Shown piece by piece: positions 6,992 through 15,200 of a stretch of DNA of 15,200 bases. Origin of the DNA: Octopus sinensis (taxonomy: Eukaryota); the NCBI RefSeq assembly GCF_006345805.1, contig NW_021825526.1:1-15200 (forward strand), given 5' to 3'. Position 1 is the first letter of the stretch; every line of letters starts with the position of its first letter. A program made the position numbers and the translations under genes. Under the pieces are notes generated by a model, which did not search any database, was not told the DNA's origin, and was given only the letters and a program-made list of their open reading frames with translations.

Positions 6992-9933
6992 TAACAACAA
7001 TAAAGTATTTAGATCTGACATTGAATATTTGAAAAACCTTAAGGCTCACAAGATACCAAAACCTACAAAAACCCAAAAATTACTGAAAAATACAATATGA
7101 AAACTATACTTGATATTGATGCCACCATAGAAACCATCAAACAAAAGGTATCTGCCAAAGCTACCCGCATAGCGAGGTATGAAAAGCGTGTTAGATTTTT
7201 CAAGGACAACAACATGTTCAAAAATAACACCAAGAATTTTTACAGGAAGATAGGAAAAACAGCGTTTACTGCAGGGTCTGTACCATCAAAAGAAGAAGTG
7301 CAGAGATTTTGGAATAAAATCTGGGCAGAAGAAAAAACACACAACGAAAAGGCCCCCTGGATTGACAGAATATCTACAGAACTGGACCCCTTAGAAGAGC
7401 AAAAGTGGGAGGGTGTCAAGGTAGAAGATATAAGATCTGCTCTCAGGAGGTCAAGCAAATGGAAGTCTCCAGGAAAGGATAAAATTCCTAACTTCTGGCT
7501 GAATGCCTTCCCAGAGAGCCATGAACTGCTAACAGAACTGTACAATGATGTTCTGCAACACCCTAGTAGGATGCCTCCTTGGCTAGTTAATGGGTTAACA
7601 TTCCTGCTTCCAAAAAGTGAAGAAACAATGAACCAAAAAATATAGACCCATAACCTGCTTAACAACTATGTACAAAACTCTAACATCTGTCCTGACGGAA
7701 TATACCTATAGTTTTTTTAACAGACAGCAGCATATTCCCTAATGAACAGAAAGGATGTAAACGTGGATCCTACGGCTGTAAAGACCAACTACTCATCAAT
7801 AAGATGATCTTAGAAGATTGTCACAAACGACACAAAAACTTATCAATAGCCTGGATAGACTATAAAAAGGCTTTTGATAGCCTACCACATAGCTGGATTA
7901 GGAAATGCCTTGAAATGTATAAGATAGCACCAACTCTGCGAAACTTCTTGACTGTAAGTATGAGATCATGGAGAACCACACTAACTCTGAACAGTGACAG
8001 TGAATCCCTAAATGCTGGTGATGTAAAAATTTCGTGTGGCATTTTCCAGGGTGACTCACTGTCACCACTCCTCTTTTGTTTATCCTTAATACCTCTCTCA
8101 AAGTTGCTCAATGACGCGCAGTACGGGTATAAAATGTTTGATAAAAATATAAATCATCTCGTTTACATGGATGATTTAAAGCTTTTTGCAAAAAATGATC
8201 AACAACTCAAGGGCTTACTAGCGATAGTCAAACAATTCAGTGACGACATCAGAATGCAATTCGGCCTCGATAAATGTGCAAAGGCTACCTTTATCAAAGG
8301 AAAAATGACAGAAACATCTAACGTTAACCTTGACCAACAGAATGTCATAAAAGAACTAGACCCAGCGGAGAGCTACAAGTACCTAGGGGTAATTGAAGGG
8401 AACGGAATAAGGCATTCAGAGATGAAGGAAAGGATCAGGAGAGAATGCTATCGAAGAGTGAGAGCAATACTCAAGACAGAGCTGAATGCAAGAAACAGGA
8501 TCGAAGCAATCAATGCATTAGCTATACCAGTCGTGACTTACAGTTTCAATATTGTTAACTGGTCAATTACTGAAATATGTCAGCTCGACAGAAAAATAAG
8601 GAAACTGTTGACAATGCATAGAATGCACCACCCTAAGGCAGATACAGAACGACTCTATCTGCCAAGAAAAGAGGGAGGCCGTGGTCTTTTGCAACTGGCA
8701 ATAACAATGAGATTGCTACAATTGGCCTAGACACCTACCTGAAAAACTCTGAGGACTGGATGTTAAAACTTGTCTCAAAACATGAAAACAAGAAAGCATC
8801 ATACTCAGTCACAAAACAGGCAAAGGAATATCTAAGTGAATTCCGAATACAACCAATTTCGGAATTAGAGATAGACATACAAGAAACAAGCACAGAAAAA
8901 GCTAGGCGCATGAAAACCCGTGCCAAAACTGCGGCCTTAGATATTCTGAATAATAAATGGCAAGAAAAACCTCTCTACGGCAAATACCCAAAGAGAGCGA
9001 ATAATGCAGATATCGACAAAGCCCTGACCCATCAATGGCTAATGGCCTCTGGCTTAAAATCTGAAACAGGGGGTTTATCATAGCAGCTCAAGATCAATGC
9101 CTACCAACAAGAAACTACCAGGCCAACATATTAAAGATCAGAAGCAGTCCAACGTGTCGTGTATGCAAGCAACAAAATGAAACCATTGACCATGTGGTCT
9201 CCAAGTGCAGTCTTCTAGCGCCTACAGAGTATCTCAACAGGCACGATAGAGCTGCACAATATATTCACTGGGTAATCTGTAAAAACCTGGAGTTGCCCAT
9301 GAAAAAACTGGTGGGAACACAAACCACCCCCAGTGCTTGAAAATGACCACATCTCACTCCTCTGGAACTTCACCATTCAAACTGACAGGAAGATAGATGC
9401 AAATAGGCCAGACATCATATTGAAAGACTTCAAACAAAGAACATGCCTCCTCATTGATATGACTGTCCCAATCGATATAAACGTATCTGTCAGGACCTAC
9501 CAAAAACTGAGCAAATATAAAGATCTTGAAATAGAAATCAGCAAAATGTGGAAGCTGAAGACTAAAAAAACCTGTTGTCATAGGTGCCCTGGGAATGATA
9601 GCAAAAGGGGCTGATAGCTACCTAACTCAGATACCAGGAAACCCCAAAATGGCAGAAGTTCAAAAGATAGTGCTCATGGGAACTGCTCATATCCTACGCA
9701 AAATACTCTCTATGTAACCTCAAGGTTTAAAACAACCATAATTTTCGGTTTAAAAAAAAAAAAAAAAAAAAACTTTTTTTTTTAGACATTCATTAGTACA
9801 ACATCCCCACCCCCCAAATATATGGCACACTAGGCATAACAACAACATGAACTTCCAACCCTGTTGTCTCTTGAGGTCTCTGGGTGAGACTTGGAGCCAA
9901 CTTGTACAAATATAAAGCAAAAGTCAAACATAG
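6992..9933 (+). mobile_element. 5'-truncated R4/Dong-clade (RLE-type) non-LTR retrotransposon inserted in an (AAT)n microsatellite
   Basis: RT, CCHC and RLE motifs occur in order on the + strand. The stop is at 9715-9717, followed by a ~215-nt 3' UTR ending ...GTCAAACATAG directly before (AAT)9 at 9934-9960. The 5' end abuts the (AAT)n run at ~6884-6990, and coding-like sequence (KVFRSDIEYL...KYNMK) continues to the junction, so the copy is 5'-truncated. Dong/R4-clade elements are known to target TAA repeats. Confidence 0.92.
7002..9717 (+). pseudogene. Frameshifted RT-ZnK-RLE polyprotein of the R4/Dong element (track fragments 7097-7645, 7804-8730, 8760-9083, 9333-9614 plus joining frames)
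   Basis: RT motifs: WKSPGKDKIPNFW, YRPITCLTTMYK (from 7641), EQKGCKRGSYGCKDQLLI, WIDYKKAFDSLPH, GIFQGDSLSPLLF, HLVYMDDLKLF, YKYLG, RLYLPRKEGGRGL. Zinc knuckle CRVCKQQNETIDHVVSKC (C-X2-C-X8-H-X4-C, 9155-9208), then RHD. RLE: NRPDIILKD...LLIDMTVP...KLSKYKDL. C-terminus PVVIGALG...QKIVLMGTAHILRKILSM*. Breaks are small indels near 7090, 7628-7640, 7712-7718, 8710, 9069, 9298-9307 and 9564-9570. Confidence 0.9.
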
Positions 9934-9960
9934 AATAATAATAATAATAATAATAATAAT
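9934..9960. repeat. (AAT)9, 3' flank/target of the R4/Dong element
   Basis: Direct reading. Confidence 0.95.
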
Positions 9961-10240
9961 AGATTGAGAAATACCTGCCACTGCAAGACGAGATAGGAAA
10001 CTTATGGAGCATGAGGAAAGTAATGTTGATACCGGTAGTAACGGCAGCATTAGGAGTAGTTTCCAAGGGCTTTGAAACAGAATATTGGAGCTGCTGTCAG
10101 GCACGAAGTGATCCAGAAAACAGCATGGTTGTGTACAGCTCGCATTCTAAGAAGAGTTTGAGTTATATGAGAAGGCGCTACTTGAAAACTTTGGTGATTT
10201 GTTGTCGTTAACCATGATTATCATCCTCAACATAATCATG
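9961..10240 (+). mobile_element. 3' terminal fragment of a second, divergent R4/Dong-like element (RLE C-terminus + 3' UTR)
   Basis: Starts right after (AAT)9. Translates as IEKYLPLQDEIGNLWSMRKVMLIPVVTAALGVVSKGF, then after a frameshift EVIQKTAWLCTARILRRV* (TGA 10159-10161). This parallels KYKDLEIEISKMW...PVVIGALG...EVQKIVLMGTAHILRKIL in the upstream element, but the DNA is clearly different. Confidence 0.82.
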
Positions 10241-10244
10241 GGTA

Positions 10245-10395
10245 ATTATTAACTTCGCCTTAGCGAAGCCAGAAGTATTGTTTTCAGTCGCGTTTGTTTG
10301 TCTGTCTGTCCGTAGACAAGATATCTCAAGAACCGTTGGATGGATTCGGATGAAAATTTCAGGGATGATTAGATTTTGAGATCGATCCGTTACAA
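10245..10395 (+). mobile_element. Helentron-associated (HINE/DINE-1-like) non-autonomous element fragment
   Basis: TTATT start and subterminal hairpin CTTCGC(CTTA)GCGAAG, followed by GTATTGTTTTC. Then the (GTYY)n microsatellite GTTTGTTTGTCTGTCTGTCCGT and ATATCTCAAGAACCG...GGATT..GATGAAAATTT. This is the typical DINE-1/HINE 5' architecture. Confidence 0.6.
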
Positions 10396-10454
10396 AGCTA
10401 GCCCTTTGAAATACAGGTACAACAGAAACAGGAAGAAAGGACGAAATACGGTTT

Positions 10455-10612
10455 TGGTGAAAGAGTACAGCAGGATTAGCCACTACCACCTGCCGGTACC
10501 TCGTGGGGCTCTAGGTACTTTCGCTCAATAAACACTAACAACACTTGATCTGAGATTCGAAACTGCGATCCTACGACCACGAGTCCGTTGCCCGAACTAC
10601 TGGGTAAGTTGA
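10455..10612 (-). mobile_element. Probable tRNA-headed SINE fragment (separate family)
   Basis: Minus strand: CCCAGTAGTTCGGGCAACGGACTCGTGGTCGTAGGATCGCAGTTTCGAATCTC resembles a degenerate tRNA with A/B boxes. It is followed by a body GTGTTTATTGAGCGAAA...CCACGAGG..CCGGCAGG. Confidence 0.4.
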
Positions 10613-10679
10613 ATAAGACGTATATCACTCTTTGTAAAAACAGGTGTAACTGGAACGCAGCCATGGGTTTGCAATCTTG

Positions 10680-10902
10680 AATTCTTTTATTCCTTTATTC
10701 TTTTATTTGTTTCAGTCGCTTCACTGTGGCCATTCTGAAGCATTGCCTTTAGTCGAGCAAATTGCTCCCCGGACTTATTCTATTTTATGCCTAGTACCTA
10801 TTCTATCGGTACCTTATGCCAAACGGGTAGGTTACGGGAACGTAAGCACACCAAGATTGGTTTTCAAAGTGATGTTGGGGGAACAAACACTGACTCACAA
10901 AC
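10680..10902 (-). mobile_element. SINE-like repeat, family C
   Basis: TTTCAGTC...TGTGGCCAT.CTG.AGCA...TTAGTCGA...ACTTATTCT...GCCTAGT...TATTC.ATCG...GTTAC.GG.ACGTAA.CACACCA is the reverse complement of 3608-3802. A repeated TTCTTTTA tail lies at the left end. Confidence 0.65.
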
Positions 10903-10914
10903 ATATATACATTC

Positions 10915-10951
<37 letters not shown>

Positions 10952-11095
10952 ACAACAGTGGTCCGACTCAGAATAATTGTGAAATTAATGAAAATTAAAA
11001 ATCCGGGCAGAAAGTAAAGGGTAAAATATTAAGTGTCCTACGGCCGTTTCTAGGGGTTAATTGCCCGTAAAATAAATGAGTAATGTACCCATTAC

Positions 11096-11096
<1 letters not shown>

Positions 11097-11144
<48 letters not shown>

Positions 11145-11312
11145 CGTATATATATATATATATATATTATATTATATATATATATATTATATACGTATAT
11201 ATATATATATAATATATATATATATATACATATATAATATATATAATATATATATATATATGTGCGTGTGTGTGTATGTATATATATTTGTATGTATGTA
11301 TGCATATCTATA
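11097..11312. repeat. Interrupted (TA)n-(TG)n-(TATG)n microsatellite
   Basis: Direct reading. Confidence 0.92.
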
Positions 11313-11712
11313 TAGATAAATAGTTACAGAGAGAGGAGGGGGAAAGGAAGAGATACAGAGAAAGCGTTCATGTGGGAAATACAGTAAGGTAAGGGAGAAA
11401 TAAAAATTATAAAAATTTCTAATTGATTTCTTTAATATTTTAAGTGAAACTCTGCCATTTTTGTTTGTGACACACCGCTGAAACCTCCTCCATTGGATAA
11501 TTATTGCTCTACGGCGCCTCGCAAATGAAAATAAGAATGATTCTTTATTACAATGCCTATTGTATGTCTGTGTGTATATACATGTATACACATATATATC
11601 TATATATATCTGTGTTTTTGTGTTTGTGTGTGTGTGTGTGTGTGTTTGTGTGTTAATAGCTGCTGGCGAACATAAGATATTAATTTGTATGGATTCATGT
11701 TAGGTGTTCCGA

Positions 11713-12588
11713 TCTCTCTCTCTCTCTCTCTCTCCCTCTCTCTCTCTCTCGTTCTTTCACACACACACACACAAGCACTCACACGCACACACTTCCACTC
11801 TCTCACTCTTTCTCTCTTGCTCTCATACTCCCACTCTCATACTCTCTCTCTTCCACTGCCTCTCTGTCTCTCTTTTTGTCTCTCTCTCACTCTTTCTCTC
11901 ACTCAGTCTCTCTGTCTCTGTCTCTCTCTCTCTCATCCTATCTCACTCTTTCCTTCACTGTGTCTATCTCCCATTCTCACTCTCTCTCTCTTTGCCTGTC
12001 TCTCTAACTCTCTTTGTCTCTCTCCCTCTCTCTCACTCTTTCTCTATCTCATTCTCTCTGTCTCTCTCATTCACTCTCAATCTTTCTCTCTTCCTCTCAC
12101 TGTATCTATCTCCCACTCTCACCCTCTCTCTTTTTCTCTCTCTCTCTCACTCTTCCTATCTCCCTCTCTTTTTCTTTCTCTCTCTCACTCTTCCTATCTC
12201 CCTCTCTTTTTCTTTCTCATTCTTTCTTTCTCTCACTCTTTCTCTCACTGTGTCTATTTCCCACTCTCACTCTCTCTCTTTGCCTTCTCTCTGTGTCTCT
12301 CTTTGTCTCTCTCTCTCTCTCAGTCTCTCTGTCTCTCTCTCATTCTTTCTCACTGTTTCTCTCTCTCACTCTTTCTCCCTTCCTCTCACTGTATCTATCT
12401 CCCACTCTCACCTCTCGCTTTCTTTTTCTCTCTCTCTCGCTCTTCCTATCCCCCTCTCTCTATCTTATTCTTTCCCATTCTTTCTCTCTCTCTCACTCTT
12501 TCTCTCGTTCCTCTCACTGTATCATCTCCCACTCTCACCTTCTCTCTCTTTCTCTCTCTCTCTCTTGCTCTGCCTATTCCCTCCCTTC

Positions 12589-12622
<34 letters not shown>

Positions 12623-12638
12623 TATTCCTTATATCTCT
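11713..12638. repeat. Polypyrimidine (CT)-rich tract with higher-order periodicity
   Basis: Near-continuous CT-rich strand. The CACTGTRTCTATYTCCCAYTCTCAC landmark occurs at 11956, 12098, 12246, 12387 and 12515. Confidence 0.9.
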
Positions 12639-12869
12639 GCTGTGATTGCAGCTGCCTATTGCCTCGTTCGCAGGTGAGCCACCTAGCGACAGGATATATG
12701 CTAATATACTTTGCAAACAGCTCTCGTCCATTCTCTGTTTCCAATCTCAGCACTCTACCCAGGCAGCCAACACCAGGTGTCGCTTTTATAGATGGCAATT
12801 AATAGTGTTGTTGTTTTGTGTGTGCGTGTTTTTTTTCTCCTCCCCTGGTTTGTAGATTTTATATAATTA

Positions 12870-12966
12870 TTGTCGTTGCTGTTGTTGTTGTGTTGCTGTT
12901 GTTGTTGTTGTTGTTGTTGTGTTGTGTTGTTGTTGTGTTGTGATGGTGGTGGTGGTTTTTTGTTGT
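12870..12966. repeat. (GTT)n/(GGT)n microsatellite
   Basis: Direct reading. Confidence 0.9.
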
Positions 12967-13007
12967 GAGTGAAGCTTGGACAGTTGTAGGTGTTCTTCCC
13001 TCACGGT

Positions 13008-13035
13008 CACTATTGCTACTGCTACTGCTGCTGCA

Positions 13036-13072
<37 letters not shown>

Positions 13073-13092
13073 ATACTACTACCACTATCACC

Positions 13093-13142
<50 letters not shown>

Positions 13143-13412
13143 CACCACCATCACCACCACTACTACTACTACTACCACTACCATCACCAGTACTACTACT
13201 ACCACCACCACCACCAAAACTACTACTACTACCACCACCAGCACCACCACTATAACTACTACCACTACTACCACCACCACCACCACCACTAAGACTACTA
13301 CCACTACCACTACAACCACCATCACCACCACTCCTACTACTACCATTACCACCACCACCACCACCGCCACTACTATTACTACCACCACCACCACCATTAC
13401 TACTAATACTAA
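13008..13412. repeat. (ACT/ACC)n mixed trinucleotide repeat
   Basis: Direct reading. Confidence 0.93.
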
Positions 13413-13526
13413 TTTACTTGACCGTGTATGGTATTTTGCCTTTTTTTGAAAATCTAGGCCAACTCCGATATTGAGAACATCCAATGACTAAGAGCGTTCT
13501 CACCGAGACCATCCCGTCGTTTAAAC

Positions 13527-13590
13527 CTGATACTTATTTTATCGGTATTTTGGACGAACTGCTAGCTTAAGTGTACGTAAACAATTCGGA
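13527..13590 (-). mobile_element. Diverged family C fragment
   Basis: TACTTATTTTATCGGTATTTTGGACGAACTGCTAG...ACGTAAACA aligns with 10795-10850. Confidence 0.45.
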
Positions 13591-13661
13591 TACCGACCTC
13601 TTGAGCAAGCCATTTCATTTCACAATGCTGAACATGACTAACAGCCGGGTACTAATACACA

Positions 13662-13718
13662 TCTCTCTCTCTATCTTTCTCTCTCTCTCTCTCTCTTTCT
13701 CTCACTCCATCTATCTAT

Positions 13719-13771
<53 letters not shown>

Positions 13772-13825
13772 CATCCTTCCATCATCCGTCCATCCATCCA
13801 TCCTCTCTCTCTCTCTCTCGTTCTC

Positions 13826-13890
<65 letters not shown>

Positions 13891-14090
13891 TTCACTAGTT
13901 TGCTCTCTTTCTTTCTCATATTCTCTCTCTTCCTCTCTTTCACTCGCTTGCTCTCTCTCACCTTCTTCTCTCTCTCTCTCCCTATTCTATCTATCTATCT
14001 ACCTCTTTCTTACTCTGTCTCACCCGCTCTCTCACTCTCTCTTTTTCCTTCTCTCACCCATTTTCTCTCCCTCGCCCTCCTCTCTCTCAC
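13662..14090. repeat. Compound (CT)n-(CTAT)n-(CCAT)n tract
   Basis: Direct reading. Confidence 0.92.
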
Positions 14091-14595
14091 ACACTTTCAC
14101 CCCACCACCTTCTGCTATCAATCACATCCTGAATAAACCAACGAGTCAAACGGTACGAGACTCAATAGAAGTGATCGTCTGCTTTTGATCATACGTGCAG
14201 CCAAACCAATTAGCGAAAGCATGGTACGTACAAAGAAACGCTACACATTCGCAGTTAACGGATGGCTTTAGGATTGGCTTCGAGGTCTACTGCATGCATG
14301 CCATTCCTCAAAGCATACCTCAGCGGATAATGGGAAGACAGAAACTAGCTAAGCTCTCCAAGAGGTCATTGTATAACTCCTTGAAGACAATATCAAATAT
14401 TGATATCATCGTGTCATATATATATATATATATAATATATATATATATAATAATATACATAATACACATATTTATATATGCATAAATATATACATGTAAG
14501 GAGAAGGTGATAAAGAAGGATATACAGCAGGAGAGAGGAGAGAGAGAAAGAGAGGCAGACAGAGCAAGAAAGGAGCAACATTCAAACATTTTTTT

Positions 14596-14596
<1 letters not shown>

Positions 14597-14648
<52 letters not shown>

Positions 14649-14726
14649 TCTATATATATAACATATATATATATATATACATGTAAGTATATGCACATGT
14701 ATGTATATATATATATATAATATATA

Positions 14727-14779
<53 letters not shown>

Positions 14780-14829
14780 TATATATTACATATATATATA
14801 TATATACATGTAAGTATATGCACATGTAT

Positions 14830-14881
<52 letters not shown>

Positions 14882-14885
14882 TATA
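14597..14885. repeat. (TA)n tract containing a ~127-bp tandem duplication
   Basis: ACATGTAAGTATATGCACATGTATG occurs at 14679 and 14806. Confidence 0.88.
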
Positions 14886-15058
14886 GGTGGGTGTGCGTGC
14901 GCATGTCTATATCTTATACAGTAATCTTCCGACATAACGCGGTTCACCTATCATTGTTCATCTCGTGGGGTTTGGGAACGTAACACCCGTGATATTCGAA
15001 GGATTACTATAATATATATACCTACATATGTGTGTGACCATAATTGTAAATATTCATA

Positions 15059-15145
15059 TATGTGTGTGTGTGTGTGTGCGTATGTATGTATGTATGTATG
15101 TATGTATGTATGTATGTATGTATGTATGTATGTATGTATGTATGT
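15059..15145. repeat. (TG)n-(TATG)n microsatellite
   Basis: Direct reading. Confidence 0.95.
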
Positions 15146-15200
15146 GTCTGTGTAAGTAAATGGGGAGAGAGAGAGTTAATGTGAAAGGTAATAAGAGAGA

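Noticed and set aside
9751-9784. A-run/T-run as the poly(A) tail of the retrotransposon
   Set aside because: The more plausible 3' end is the (AAT)n junction at 9933, as expected for Dong-type elements. The run is treated as an expanded homopolymer inside the 3' UTR, though this is unverified without a consensus.
7240-10104. Minus-strand ORFs overlapping the retrotransposon
   Set aside because: They are antisense shadows of the + strand RT/RLE coding sequence or UTR.
10540-10612. Functional tRNA gene
   Set aside because: The cloverleaf pairing is degenerate. It is better explained as a SINE head.
10956-11098. Possible Tc1/mariner-type MITE between TA runs (CAGT...ACTG ends)
   Set aside because: The terminal match is only 4 bp, too short to call TIRs.
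11685-12802. Three long overlapping Leu/Ser-rich ORFs (262-330 aa)
   Set aside because: All three + frames are open because a CT-rich strand rarely forms stop codons. Not a gene.
12867-13484. Poly-Thr (mucin-like) and poly-Val ORFs
   Set aside because: This is an (ACT/ACC)n repeat with no signal peptide, flanking domain or convincing exon context.
14120-14410. Non-repetitive island with a 96-aa ORF (14195-14485)
   Set aside because: GTG start, no recognisable motif, and it runs into (TA)n. It could be an unidentified repeat, but that cannot be supported from this window.

Overview
Repeat-saturated, AT-rich eukaryotic non-genic DNA. The microsatellite load and SINE types suggest an octopus/coleoid cephalopod, which is an inference. 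No host protein-coding gene is supported. The only real coding sequence is a 5'-truncated R4/Dong-clade non-LTR retrotransposon (RT + CCHC zinc knuckle + restriction-like endonuclease, + strand, ~6992-9933) sitting in an (AAT)n microsatellite. It is followed head-to-tail by the 3' tip of a second, divergent R4/Dong-like element (~9961-10240). The window also holds: several copies of at least three SINE-like families (one with a ~183-bp internal multimer); a non-coding element flanked by AAT runs (3 copies); a Helentron/DINE-1-like HINE fragment; many microsatellites; and a ~0.9-kb polypyrimidine tract with hidden ~145/290-bp periodicity. Most notably, six hammerhead-ribozyme-like motifs (CTGANGA...stem II...GAAA...NUH) of about four families lie on both strands within the first 7 kb. 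Most are in short microsatellite-associated elements that resemble remnants of Penelope-like terminal repeats. Nearly all other ORFs in the track are microsatellite translation artefacts.
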